Source: the human T2T-CHM13v2.0 reference genome, Homo sapiens. From it: 64,000 bases of DNA. How positions within the stretch are numbered: position 1 is the first letter of the stretch; the number at the start of each line of letters is the position of its first letter. The notes under the pieces were generated by a model, which saw only the letters and a program-made list of their open reading frames with translations, was not told where the DNA came from and ran no database searches. The stretch lies in assembly GCF_009914755.1 (NCBI RefSeq), contig NC_060928.1; one strand, written 5' to 3'. Below are positions 15,130 to 29,303 of this stretch, one piece after another. A program made the translations under genes and the position numbers.

Positions 15130-17833
15130 TCCATCTAAAGACTTTTGAAACAATTTGAGATATTCCAAACAGCAATTATAGAAGTTCTAAATTAAATCAT
15201 ATGCACCATTTAAGCTCTCATTAATTAATTTGTTCAGTCTCTTGCTTTCACATACTTAATATATTCTTTTTTGCAGGTTTTACTTTCAAAGATTGTATTT
15301 TGTTAAAAACTTTAAAACTTGAAGTTATTCCATGTTCCATTAAATAGTTTCATTTTTATTTTAAATATAAATGAAGTTAAGTCACAATTTAGATGACTAT
15401 GTTACATAAGTTCATTATCCTAATAGGATCTATCTAGTTTCTTAAAGGTAGTACTTCAAATATTCAGGTATTTCTAAAAGTTGATTTATGACAAATGACA
15501 TTTTGTAGCATTCTTGTATTCAATGTCATTTTGTCAAAAAATGATTATTTAACCCAATTTTGCAAGGACAGTCATTGCTTTATCCTAATTTTTAGAACAT
15601 GTCAATGTGGACATTGGCACAATTGTAAGCAATGTGCATGCTATAACCGTTGCATATGTATTTTTTACTTTTGTAAGAACATTGTAATCTTTTTATCCAG
15701 GGTGCCATGTTTCATTAAAGTCAATTTTCAGTGAAAAAGCCAGTAATTTCATTGTAAATATTGAGCATTTTAACATAAGTTCTTTAGTTCTAGCTAATTT
15801 AAAAGAAAATTATGAATTGAAAATGAATGAAATTAATTCAGAACAAGAGTAATTTGTTTAAAAGAAAATGTATGATTCTGAGTAATATATAAAGGTACAT
15901 TTTGTACCTTTGTGTAATTATTTGTCTTTGGTTACAGTGTTCCTGAAAGAACTATTCACTTTTGAGGTAAATAATGATTTTTTAAAACATTTGTTTATTG
16001 GCTTTTTCACCATCAAGTGTCCCTGGAAATCGAAGATTCACTTTCTAATTAAATGTGAATTTTTATTTTTGTGCACCTTGCCAATGAAGAAAATTATTGT
16101 AAAAATATTATTAAGCAATAAAGTGTGATGACAAGGCTAGGAGTGTGAAATTCTTCTTCCATAACCGTCCAAAACTCAAACAAGTTAGCTAGTTTTGGCT
16201 GCTTCTCTCCAAGCACATTTGTCTTGTTAGTAAATGCCCTCTAAGGCGCCCTTGAAATTGCGTTGTTGGATATGTTGTTTCTAAAAACTATTGGGTTCTC
16301 CCTAGTTCATGTTTCTGATTCAATCACATTTTAATATAAAAATTTAATTAGCTTCAAATGCATCTAGAACAAGCACAAGTTATTATGAGAAATTTTGGAA
16401 ATTAAAAAAAAATAGACATCTAACATATACCAACCCAATTAAAAGCAACCTTTTTTAAAAAGTTAAAGAAATTGATGGTAGTAGAACAACCATAAATTTA
16501 TTATTTCCTTAATAAATTGAGATAGATGGCTATCTTAGTATGGTAATGATGTTATGATCTTGCCAAGAAATAAGGATTTAATTAGATAGGGAAGACATAA
16601 ACCCAAAAATATTTAAGAGCCAAAAACTGGTGTTGTTTGGGTATTAACACATATGAATAAAAGAGAAAGGTTCTACTGTAAGTCCTAAAGTTTTGGTTTA
16701 TGAGATGACCCTTCCTAAAAAAGGGAACAGATTGAAATGATTATTAATTCAGATTTGAACTTCAGGTCCTGTGGCATAGCCAAGTGAAGCTATTTAATAT
16801 AAAGTTAGATATATTAAAATGAGTCTAGGTCTATGGGAAGAGATACAGTGGTACTCTCCAGAAAGATGATAAAAAATATAATGTAAATAGTTGGTTGATA
16901 TTGAGTCATGGCAAATATAAGTAAAGACTTAGAAATACATCTTATTGTTGAATAGTTAAAATTTTATTTTCATTTGATATAGTATTAAAATGATTAATTA
17001 TAATAAATTTTCAAAAATTAATATTCCAAAATTTACATGTTGGTATATACTCATTTTGTTGCAAATACAGTTAATGAAAAAATATTATATAATAATAAAT
17101 GTCTATTTTAATTTTTAATATTTAATACTATTTTTGGATCATTCAAACAATACCTTTTCATATTTTAATAACATTTAGTTTCATCTGTTGCCATCTTCAT
17201 CAGTTTCTTCTTTAACATATGGTTTCACGTGGTTTTAAATGACCTTTCTGTAAAACAAAATGCAAGATATGTTTCATTTTGAAAATACGTGTTATATATT
17301 TATGTGTAGCTATTCTATTACAATACTTCAATAAACACACAAATTTTACTATGAAAATAATTGTGTAATCAACATATTAAAAAATAACCATGTGTATGTA
17401 ATGTCTACATGTTGTACTTTTTCTATATCAAGTCATCTTATATACTTTGGCTTATGTGAACTGTTTTGTATAAGAGATTAAATCATGACATGCTTGCTTT
17501 ATAGTCTATGTATAAAATAGATTTATGGGTTTTCAAGCATTCTTCTATTTTAGCTAATTTTTCTTTTATTACTCACTCATAGAGACTGGTTTGAGAATTA
17601 CTTTGAGAAAATAGCTTAAGTAGATTTTTAAATACTCATGAGAAAAACAGATAAACAAAATGTATATTGCTTATAATTCCATAGGCTTCCCTTTGGCTAG
17701 CTACTCTGAGGGAACATGTATAGTTAAAATCTAGGAAAGAAGTAAGTATATCTCCAATTCCCATTCTGGGTAAATGGGAAGTCATAGATGGTAACAGGTA
17801 TTTAATAAATAATTTAAATCATTAGATATTTCC

Positions 17834-17968
17834 GCTGGGTACACAGGCTCATGCCTATCATCCCCATGATTTGGGAGGCTTGAGCCCAGGAGTTCGAGGG
17901 TACAGTTAGCTATGATTGCACCATGGGACTCCAGCCAGGCTGACAGAATGAGACCCTATCTCAAAAAA
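17834..17968 (+). mobile_element. Old Alu monomer (FAM/FRAM-like) with internal deletion
   Basis: 'gctgggtacacaggctcatgcct..ttgagcccaggagttcgagg..cagttagctatgattgcacca..gagaccctatctcaaaaaa'. Confidence 0.8.
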
Positions 17969-19543
17969 GATAATTTGACCATGAATTCTCTAAACTAGTA
18001 CATTTCTAAAGCTAAACTCAGACATTAGATAAATAATCTAACAGCTCAGCACTCTTGAGTTAGATTTTATCACACATTGTTTTTGATATTTCCTGAAGTG
18101 TTTCTATGTTGCTTCTGAACAAAAATTCATATGAATGTTAAGGATAAAATAAAGTCCATGGTAAAATAACTATATTATTTATATAAGCAAAGTCTTTTAT
18201 GTGTGTGTGTGTTTTTTTAGGATTTCTTAAAATCTCTAAAGCTAATATTACATTCTAATTTTCAATAGGGAGATATGATATACAAAATTTATTTGGATAT
18301 TGATCCTTCTTTTGTGAAATACAAGAATGAGTATTCCACTGAAGATAGCTTAGAAATATTTGAAGTAGATCTAGAGAAAGCAAAATATCTAGCCCATGTT
18401 GTTAGAAATCAAATGGATTTTTAATAGAAATCAAACAGACTTCTATTGCTACAATCTATAACTATGCTTCTATATATATTAGATGATTAATATGCAAATT
18501 ATATTATTTTTCCTCTTCTTTTGTATAAATAAAGTTGCAAACTTTATTCAAATAAATATATCAAGAATACTAAAAAACAATTCAATTGCACTTACAACAG
18601 TTTACAAACATGTTAAACTTATTATGTACCTACAAGATGATAATAATTAAATGAGAACCAAGATGCAGGTTTATAATCATTTACACTGTTTTTCCAATAC
18701 AGAAGAGATACCATCAACATAAATAATAAATAGTGAGAGGCTGTCTAAAAGAAAATAGCATTTACTTGGGAACAATGCATTGCAATGATAATATTCGCTC
18801 CATAGTGAACTGTGTGTATATTCCAAGAGATAAAGACAAAGGCTTTAAAAGAAAAAAATGAGAAAGATTAAGTCATTGTTTTGAGATAACTACCCTTGGT
18901 TATAGGCATAAATAGCAAGGGTGATGTCAGTCTTAGTTTAGACAGGCAGTTACCAGGCAGATGTCCTCACAGAACTGTTTTTTGTACAAGGTGGTGATAG
19001 CATTTGTGCAAGTTTGTTTCTTTGTCCGTTGTGACAGTTTTTGGTATCAGGCATTTATGCATGAGAACACTCTTTTCATAGCCTTCCTGAACTCTATTTG
19101 TCATAGTTTTTTCTCTTCATTTTTAAATTGAAACACAAGTTACTCCATTTTAACAGGTATCACATTTTTTCTTTGATACCTGATAAAGATCTTTTTCCAA
19201 AGGCATGACTAATCAATCATCTTGTAGTTAGGTTTTGTTGTTATTCGGTGCCAAGGATAGACATGGCCCAGGTTACTGGTCTGCTCCCATGTTGGAGAGA
19301 GTAAATGGTGGCTAGGAGTCAGCATCAAAATCCTTATAGCCACATTTGAGCAACAAGGGAGGTTTAAAGGAAGTGCTGGCTCTCAGGCTAAAGTTACCTG
19401 CAGTCTCTTATTAAGTTCAATTTTGTCTGTCTTATATGGACTTGTTATCATCTCAAAGTGTTGGGCCAGCATTATTCTGTTAGTTTTACTTTTGTAAAAA
19501 TTTAACAAGTAACAGACACAAAGTTTAAAAGGGAAAATACAAA

Positions 19544-19659
19544 TACTATCTTGTAACATTTCATGTATCCCATTGTTATATACACCTACTATGTACCCAC
19601 AAAATTAAAAATAAATACATAAATAAAATCAAAATAAATAAAGAAAAAAGTAAAAAATA
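19544..19659 (+). mobile_element. Very short L1MA-type 3' end inserted in the ERV internal region
   Basis: 'atatacacctactatgtacccacaaaattaaaaat' plus A-rich tail; decayed TSD aaaagggaaaatacaa / aagagggaaaacaa. Confidence 0.75.
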
Positions 19660-22343
19660 AAGAGGGAAAACAAGGTAAAATTAACAGTAATGTTACAATC
19701 TCAGTTTGCATAATGGTTTTGAGTCATAAATCTGTGCTTAAAGGCAACCATTTGAACAAATCAAATGATCACTATCCTAGCAAGTAAAAAAGGTTGGCAT
19801 TAAGGGGGTTAAAGTCTCATTATAATATAAAGTCATCTTGGAAAAAAGTGATCTAAAGTGTGAAAATATGTTTCTCATCCTGGTTTGCAGTTTTAATATC
19901 TTAATTTATGACATAAGACAGTTTGGTAAACTTTTTGTGTGGCCCATTTATCAGACTTGTTTTCACTCTCTTCTTTTAATCCATCAATTTTCACCCTATA
20001 GAGCTTCAGAAACAGAATAGTTTTCATTTTTTAGTAATCCCATGGAAGAGAGTTAGATTGGGGAAATCCAGAAGAATTGAGGATCTAGTCTAGTATATAA
20101 AGAACTCAAAAACAATGCACAGAACAACATCTAAACACAGATGTTTTATAGTTCTTTTTAAAACACAGTTTTTCTCTCTACATAAATTAAATATTAATCT
20201 CAGATTTAAAACCTCTTAAAGTTAGGAAGCCAAACCAGAGCAGACTTTATATTTTACTTTCAGTCTCAAGGTTTATGTGCCTGCCAGGAAATCACATTTG
20301 TACTCACTCACTGTAAGGCTTGGAGCCCTTGAACCCAAGCATTCTATGCACATTTTCAAATATGGTATTTCAGCAAAAATCTTGGTAATATAATCAACGT
20401 TTTCGATTGTAGCATATTATGAAGAGAGCACAAATTGTCATTAAACTTAAATAACCACATTGCAATAAAAAGACAAATGGTCATTAATACTTTTTAAATT
20501 TTGGAGGTATCAAGTAGTGAGAAAAAGTAAATGTTTCTACATTTATTTACAAAAGTACACTTTACCAAACTGCTATAAACTATAGATAGTTTAAGAAATA
20601 AAACTTTCTAAGATCTGGACACAAAATATTTAAATAAAGAATCCATGATATTTCAAATAAAAGTCACAAAAACATTATCTTCATCAGTCATTCAATCTCA
20701 TGTAATTAGGTTTCATTTTATTTTATCTTGATTAACAGTTTTATGTATCAATGAGTTTCTTTACCAGCATTCTGGAAAATTTTTATTGATTCCATTGATC
20801 ATAAAACTATCAGAAACCTCTACTTAAGAGTCCTCAGAGTCTTTTCCATTAATCTGATGTCATGTACTTTTTCAGAAAAATCAAAATTGTGGATGACAGA
20901 GACTTACAATAGCCATGGTAAAATGTTTGATATAATTTCTCTATAATCAGCAATTACAAAGAAGTTTGGTTGTTTGTGGCATACAAAACAGTAACAAGAA
21001 TTATGATTGATGGCATATTAGATTTTTAAGAGTTTTATGCAATGTTGAAACATTGATTTTAACAAAATACCCATAAATGTATCTGAAAGAAAATCTAGTA
21101 TCACTTATCATTTGGCAATGTTTCCTATACAGTTTACTAAATAACCCTAATTATTTAGTATCTCTCAATTTAAGAGAGAGATATTTTAAAGCTTCCCAGG
21201 ATCCAACTAAAAAATCCCAAAGTTCATTTTAAGTCAAAAAGACAATTCAGAATTTTGACCATGGAAAAGCCTGCCTAAGATGCCATTCCTTTGATAACAT
21301 TCTTAAACTGTCTACTTTGTCCTATACTTTCTCTTTCTTAAATAATAGGACATTTTCCTTTATGATAAAAACCAACAACATAAGATAAATTTTATACAAA
21401 ATTATTCCCTTTGTAAAATGTTTCTTACCAGTAATGCGTCTTCATACCCATAGTTTGTTTACATCCCTTTCTTCATTACTGCTTTATTTTTATCATGTTT
21501 TAATTTTCTTCTTAAATCTATATTCTGAAAGACTTTCACCTTTAAATTAGAAAAAAATATTTTTCACCATAAAGAACCCATTTTTACAACTTTTAAATAT
21601 TTTTTTACAATCACAAGCACACATTGTCTTTTGGTAAACTCTGTATTCATACACGTATTTATTTATTTGTTTATATTTATATATTTATATTTACATTTTA
21701 CCTTTCAGCAACCTTAATTTTTAAAAAGAAATTTTGAAATATCTGGAAATTATCAGACTTTACAGATGAGAACCATTTTATAATTTTAGAAACATATTTC
21801 CCCAAAATATAATTTTTAATGTGCATTAATAGAACTTAATATATTTATTATTTCTATAATATTTAAGAAACCAAGGAAAAAAATTTATGTTCAGCAATTT
21901 GTTTCAAGTTGTTATCTTACTTGGAAATGACCCAGATATTTAATGAGTATCTATTATTTAATCTAACATAAAATAAAGTTTTCAAATTACATGAAAAGGT
22001 CATTTATATATGTTTACTCATTTACATTTACCTGATTTATTAATTTTAATGATTTATCTAGATTACTCATAAAATTGAGATATTAGACAGAAGTGGTCAT
22101 TATTTCAAATTATTTTGATTTGTTTGCCATCTTTATAGGCTGTGATTATTAGTTGTTCATCCAAGTAAGAACCTTAAAGTTTAATATATGGGTATTTTCC
22201 TGAAGAATCAGAAAATGTTTTTATTAAACCAATATTTTGTGGGTTTTATTAAACCAATTGTTTTTATTAAACCAATATTTTATTAAATTATTCTTATCAA
22301 AGCATTACACAAAGGTTATTTTGTTTTTAAGTTGGGTTTAGAG

Positions 22344-22578
22344 CAGGGTGTCCAATCTTTTGGCTTCCCTGGGCCACATTGGAAGAATTGTCTTGGGGCA
22401 TACATAAGATACACTAACACAAGTGATAGCTGGTGAGCTAAAAAAAAAAAAAAAAAAAAAAAAATCACACACACAAAATCTCATAATGTTTTAAGAAAGT
22501 TTACGAATTTGTATTGGGCTGCATTCAAAGCCATCCTGGGCTGCATGTGTCTCGCTGACTGCAGGTTGAACAAGCTTG
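22344..22578 (+). mobile_element. MER30 (hAT-Charlie) nested in the ERV
   Basis: 'cagggtgtccaatcttttggcttccctgggccacattggaagaa..ggttgaacaagcttg'; internal A run expanded at 22440-22464. Confidence 0.9.
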
Positions 22579-24588
22579 GTTGAGTTTTATGATCTTAAAA
22601 TATCTAACAGGGACAACTTTAAATATGTCTGACCAAGAAATACAGGAAAAAGCATATGAAATATATCCTGATTATTTTGGAGACATATTTATTTTTATTT
22701 CACTAACAATTTTAAAATAAGCTGATTTATCAAGACTCCCTTAAGTTACATGAAGAAAAAGGCATTTGGGAGCTATTTGGTATTCAATTATTGCTTATTA
22801 ATCTAAGCCAGTTTGAATAGAATTTCCTGAGATATTTGGACCAGCTACACAAGATTTTACCATATAAACACAACATAAAACATAATACATGTACATATGT
22901 GTAAATACTTCTAAACATCTATACACACACACAAAGAATCTTATAGCTTTCATTTTATAATTTTAGTCATGACACCGTAAAACATACAAACTCTCTAGTT
23001 TAAGAAGATAGTCAAATCCAAATTATGTTTTTGACAAAACAGGCCCTGTTTACATGGCTAAAACTTTATTTGCCCCAATAAGTAATCTAATAAAGGCTTT
23101 GTACCAAAATTTTGCTCAAATCAGACAAACAAAAACCTTTCTTGCCCTGTTTTACAATAATGAGTTTAGGGTTAAATGTTTAATGCTTACATTTATCTAG
23201 GACTGGCTGAATTGTTTAAGCAAAACAAAATCTCTAAATTACCTTGGATTAATAACAAATATATTTTTTTGTTTGGCATTTTGATTTTTTTCACTAGTCA
23301 ATATGGATGGGGAAAGACTTTAGCAGAATTTTTTTGGACTTTTTCTATTTGGCCCCATTGTGACAGACAAGGCAACTTTTATGCCAGACAAATGTATCAA
23401 ATATTATTTATCTGAACTCAAGGTGTTGACCTGTTTGATCTGAATGCCTAACGTTTATAAATTTTTTTTCTTTTAGAATATCAATTCTTCAGTTAATTGT
23501 TCCATCACCCTAAACAATTGTTAGTCAGGCAAACCTAAATTTACTTTAAAGAAATAACTCTTAGTTCTAGGCTGTCATTTACCATGGAGCTGTTGAAATT
23601 TGTAAAGCCATTAACTTGAATACCCTTTAAGACATTTTTAATTAAAAAAAATCTTGGCTGTAATGCCATTGGCAGTGTGCTTTATCTCAACATCAGCAGA
23701 AAATTCATCAAATTTAACGTAGGCAGAAAAAAAATAGAGAGGTAGAGACCTTAGAAGGCTCTACATGTTAATTCAATAGTTGCAGGGTTTTAAAAAAACA
23801 TTTAAATAATAACAATTTGAACTTTGAATTTTCTTTGATGTAATTTGCCCATAAGTTTAATAATACACATAAGAATGGTCCATAACATAGCCAGCTGAAG
23901 TCCCAGAAAATCTGGCCTGCCTTAATGTTTGAGAATACCATTCTGTATCCTATTAATCTCTTTAGAGCAAGTAAAATCTAATAAATTATGTTAGAGAATG
24001 TCAGGAGTTTTGACTATTTTAGATCATGGTGACTGTCTTTGTGGCTTTTAACTAACCATTCTGCACCCACCATTTAGAGTGCTTGTTTTTGCTCTCAAAA
24101 GATTTCTAGGCAAGAGAAAGAAGCCAAAGCACTTACAGATATGTGTAACCAAACCAAAGTTAGAGTGTTCACCAAGTTTTTAACCCATGTAAGCAGCTCA
24201 AACAAAATATCATATTATGCAAGCAAAAGAAACCAGAAGTAAATTCATCAGAAAATACATACCTTAGAGGCAGAATGTAATTTCTGCAGAAAAAGAGCAT
24301 TCAAACCAGGACACTTGTCCTTACACAGAAATAACTTTCCAGAAGAGACAAAAATGTTTTAATCTCAGGAGGAATGTAACTTATTTTTTTAAAAAGGAGG
24401 CCTTACAACAAACAGAAATCTCAAATCAAATCAAAATACTTCTACCAATAAGGGGAGCTTTGTCTTGAGAGAGACTTCCCAGGGCAGAAAGGGCAAGCCA
24501 TAGAACCAGAAACCTGGAAGGGTACAATTGAGTACTGTACACTGATTCCAAGATTTGCCAAGTCCTTCAGATAGTGTTCTTCTTTCAG

Positions 24589-24606
24589 GTCCCACTTCTG
24601 AACACA
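24589..24606 (-). promoter_or_regulatory. Primer-binding site, tRNA-Leu type
   Basis: Plus-strand gtcccacttctgaacaca resembles the tRNA-Leu 3' end atcccacttctgacacca (PBS TGGTGTCAGAAGTGGGAT), directly inside the 5' LTR. Confidence 0.7.
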
Positions 24607-24952
24607 GAATTGTTTTTAGAAAATTATTCTTGCCTACAAGGATCAATAGCAAGCGTAATGCCTCTCCAAGACTGGATAAGCAGTTGCTGGGCAGATATCC
24701 TTCTGAAAGCATTTTGTAGGTAAAGTTGTGATGGTCTTTGTGCAAGGTTGTGGTTTTGCCAGAGTCTTTTGTGATAGTTATGGTTATCATGCATTAAGGT
24801 GTGAGAACCTCTCTTCATAGCTTTCCCTGGCTCTATTAGTCCTTTTTTTAAAACACAACTGACTATGTTTTGATTCTGACAAGTTTCACAGTAAAAAACT
24901 TAGAACTTATTAATTTTTCTATTTGTAACATACTAAATTCCATTTCGCCTGA

Positions 24953-25228
<276 letters not shown>

Positions 25229-25791
25229 TGATCAGTGTAGTATAACTGGATTAAATTGAAAACCTGGGCTCTGATTATTTTTACTAGGAAGGTCACTTCA
25301 CCTTTTAGATATAACAAAAGCACACTTTCTTGCAGGAGAGAGAATCTTTAAATGCATTCAAATGATATACAGTCTATATCAAGGGTAATATTTAGCTAGT
25401 ATATTTAGCTTTTACATTCCCAAACTCTGTACTAATCAATAAAAATTTAGCCCTGCATTACATCATCCAATGAGCACTTTCTGCAAACCTGAGCTAGGTT
25501 CTGCATAGTATTTGTAGCATTTGCATTTGTAGTTCAGTCTCTATAAATTTTTGTTTATTATTTTGTAAACGTATATAACATCTATTCATTAATAATCATG
25601 AATTTTTAAATATTTTCATAAATAACATATGTTAATGTATTTTCTAACTCTTGCCATTCCTGACAGTCTTGCTTACATGGTTACCCTTTTCACACTTATT
25701 GTACTTGTTAAATATTTCAAAAAATGTATTAACAATTAGCCTGTATTTAATAGTTTTTTGGTCTACTATTTTTAAATATGAATTAACATTT

Positions 25792-26346
25792 TGTGATAGG
25801 CAGCCTCTAAGATGGCCCCAAATGATTCCCATCTGATAATATTTGTGCCCTTGTGTAACAACATTCTCTTGCATGTAGGCTGGGTCTAGTGACTTACTTC
25901 TAATAAATAGAATACCAAAAAAGTGATGAGATGTGGCTTCCTAGATTAGGTTATAAAAGACTGTGACTTCTGTCTTGCCAGCCCTCTCTCTGGCTTTAAA
26001 ATTTGGCTTGCACTGATGAAGCATGTTGCCATGCTGTGACATGACCTATGGAGTGACCAACTTAACAAAAAATAACTTGTGGCCTCTATTTAAACGGCTC
26101 AAAAGAAACGAAATACTTCCAGTAACAACTGAGTAAGCTTAGAATTGGGTCCTGTCCACTCGAATCTTGAGATGACTGGGATTTAACTGATACTTTATGT
26201 GCAATCTTGTGAGAGATCTTTATACAGGGATTCAAGTAAGCAGCGCCAAATATCAAGCCCAAAGAAACTGTGGGATAATAATTGCATGTTGCTTTGAGTC
26301 ACTAAGTTTGGGTGTAATTTGTTATACAGCAATAGATTACTAATAC
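25792..26346 (+). mobile_element. MLT1F-like solo LTR
   Basis: 'tgtgataggcagcctctaagatggccccaaatgattccc' through 'aagtttgggtgtaatttgttatacagcaatagattactaataca'. Confidence 0.8.
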
Positions 26347-27119
26347 ATACTACATATATCCAAAGAGTGTAACAATTTCAGTTCTTAACTCTACAAGTAA
26401 AGTGACATACATCTTCTCAGAAATCACCCAAAGTCTTAATATAAAATATTAAACAGGAAAAAAACTACATCTTCACATGTTAGTGGGGACATCAATTTTG
26501 CTAATTCACAATATGTAAGAAAATGCTACTAAATATATAGATATTCAGACAAAATTACAAAAAGAAGGCAAAAACAAGTTTTCAGCAGCAATAAAGATTA
26601 AAAAGAAGATAGCAAGAGACAATTTTCTAAAATAGGCAAAACTCTTACTGATTATATCCAACGATAATTTTTACAGATTTCATAGGCTAGCAAAGAGCTC
26701 TTCTTTGACTCAGCTTGATACCAAAGTAGCAGATGTGGCTCTCGAAGAAGAATCAACCAGCACTTACTTGTAAAGTGTGGCCTGTTCATGTGTCACAGTG
26801 GTATAGAAAGAATCCGCATTGAAAGACTTGTAGCTGCCAATTTTAGTTGACTAGAAGGAAGTAAAGACTAAGAAAACCAACATAATTTAAAATCCCTGTA
26901 TCACCATAAACTTCAATGTGAACCAGAGAGATTTCCTTTTAATTTATAATATGATTTTGATTACTATCCACAAATAACCTTCTAAAAAGTTCTTCCAGAA
27001 AGAAATTATTTATCCAAAAATGTGAAATTTTAAACTGAAAAAAAAGGAAAATCAAAATAGAGAGGGGATTTGAAGGAAGAGGGTGGCAGACAAATAGAAC
27101 TCATCTCAACAAAAACTAC

Positions 27120-27190
27120 TTGACGTAGTAATATACCCAGGTAAAAAACCTGCAGATGCACCTCCTGAATCTAAAATAAAAGTCAAAAGC
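27120..27190 (+). mobile_element. L1PB-like extreme 3' fragment
   Basis: 'aatatacccaggtaaaaaacctgcagatgcacctcctgaatctaaaataaaagt'. Confidence 0.65.
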
Positions 27191-27414
27191 AAATCAAAAG
27201 AGAAATTAACTCTGACAATCCTAACATAAGAAAGGATAATAAACTAAGTGGAAAATATAAAATCAGTCATGGGAGGACTATTTAAAATTGTAAGGTGTAC
27301 TTCTGATTTCCAGTCCATCATGTAGGGACCTCAGAAGTTGCCCCTACATCTAATAGGTAAAAAGCTGATCTGAAAAATTGGGAACTTTTCTTAAATCCAT
27401 CAGAGAAGTTAGAA

Positions 27415-27700
27415 CACCGTAATGGTAGACACATGTCATTATATATTTGTCAATACTCATTGAATGTAGAGTATGCAGTGTGAACCCAAATGTAAAATAT
27501 AAACTTTAGGTTGATAGAGATGTGTTAACATAAATATATTGGTAAATGCATCACTGTGTTGTGGGATGTTGATAGTAGGGGAGATGGTGCCTGTGTGCAG
27601 CAGTGAGCATATGGGAATCCTAGTAGTTTCTGCTTAATTTTGCTGTGAATTTATAATGGTACTAAAATATAAAAGTTATCAATGAAAAATGCAATAAAAT
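27415..27700 (+). mobile_element. L1MC-class 3' end
   Basis: 'aatggtagacacatgtcattatatatttgtc..gtgaacccaaatgtaaa..gggatgttgatagtagggga..ttttgctgtgaa'. Confidence 0.75.
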
Positions 27701-27722
27701 AAATGGTACAAATTTTAGTATA

Positions 27723-28146
27723 TGATATGGTTTAAATCTGTGTTCCTATGCAAATCTCATGTTGAATTATATATAATCCCCAATGTTGGAAGTGGGGCCT
27801 GGTGGGAGGTGATTGGATCATGGGGACAGTTTCTCATGGTTTAACACCACCCCTCTTGGCACTATCATTGCAATAGTGAGTTCTTGTGAGATCTGGTCAT
27901 TTAAAGGTGTGTAGCATCTACCCCCACTCTTTCTTGCTACTGCTCTGTTCGTGTAAGATGTGCCTGCTTCCCTTTTTGCTTCCACAATGATTGTAAGCTT
28001 CTTGAGGCCTCCCTAGAAGTCAAGCAGATGCCAGTATCATGCTTCCTGTACAGCCTGCAGAGCCATGAGCCAATTAAACCTCTTTTCTTTATAAATTACC
28101 CAGTCTTAGGTATTTCCTCATAGCAGTGCGAGAACAGACTAATACA
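27723..28146 (+). mobile_element. MSTA solo LTR
   Basis: 'tgatatggtt..aatccccaatgttggaagtggggcctggtgggaggtgattgg..cagactaataca'; TSD gtata / gtcta. Confidence 0.9.
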
Positions 28147-29303
28147 GTCTATAAAGATAAATTAGCAGATATGAGGATCTGATGGCTAAATTGCATAGCT
28201 TTAACATATAAACAATAAATACATAAAAGTAAAGAGAATATTTGGAGAAATAGAATCATGTTTATTCAGTAAGTGATAGATGATTAGATAGGAAAATATA
28301 AATTGGAAAGAGAGCATTTTCATTTTCAAGATTATATTTACTGTTTGCCAAAAACAGACAAGTATTAGAACATAAAGAAAATTAACATGTAATTATTGCC
28401 AAGTGTAGCACAAAAGATGTGGTGTTGATATCAATACTTTATTTACTCATATTGATATATAAATTTATAGATATACTATTAATTGTGAGCTGCCAGGAGG
28501 CAAGGTGGTTCATTATGACGATGAACCAAACTGAAAGGAACAATCATGTCTTTATTCACTTACTGAAACCGGACATTCAGAGGCAAAAGCAAAAGATGTT
28601 GGCTTCCTTCTGTTAAACTTTTCTCAACAGACTGTCATAGGCAAAAGTTGGAAGACATGCAATAAATGTTGGGAAAATTGTTTCACTGCGGAAGAGCCCA
28701 AAAACAAAAGGCTTCTGTTTTTTGTTTTTTTTTTCTTTGTTTGTTTGTTTCTGGATCTAGGAAACTTCAAGGAGAAGAAGAGAAAATGTTAGAAATGGAT
28801 AAGTACTGAATCAAAATAGGGTCAAACTGCCTCAGCCAAGTTCATAAAAATAGGCCTCAAAATGAAGGCATCCGGGCTAGGAGTGCAAATATGTATATAA
28901 GCATAGTTGGCAGAGAGCAAAAGTAGTATAAATCTGTGTCAATGCAATTTCCTCCAGAAAATTGTAATGCACTGACTGTGTAGCACATCTGGTCTGGGGA
29001 GGGCAGCCTGCCCCCATGAGGTCTACCTCATTATAATATTTTATGGTTGGGCCTAAAAAAATCATACATAGCATTTTGTCCTAGAATGGGACTCTTCCAC
29101 TGGTAAACAGTGTGCCGCATTTCATAAAATTAATAACATAATCTGAAAAGAAAAAAATTATTACAGGAATATAAAAGATAACTAGCAATTTTTCAGTTAT
29201 TGAGTCAAAATATATCAACTGTCACTACTATGTGTTTTATTAGTATGGATTAATGCATAATAAGTATGTACAATGGAGCTAGCCTATTCAAAAGACTGAT
29301 GAG

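Larger units (their letters stand above)
18712..24890 (-). mobile_element. Old MER4-group (MER65-like) ERV1: 3' LTR 18712-19164, non-coding internal region, partial 5' LTR 24608-24890
   Basis: Two similar LTRs sharing 'aatagcaag', 'ggcagat.tcct', 'tttgtgcaag', 'tgagaac', 'ttcatagc' and 'acacaa..tcaca'; PBS-like sequence adjacent to the right LTR; AT-rich MER4-type internal text. Confidence 0.8.

Noticed and set aside
24589-24606. tRNA-Leu-like sequence as a tRNA gene
   Set aside because: Only the ~18-nt 3' end is present, next to an LTR: a PBS with no cloverleaf.
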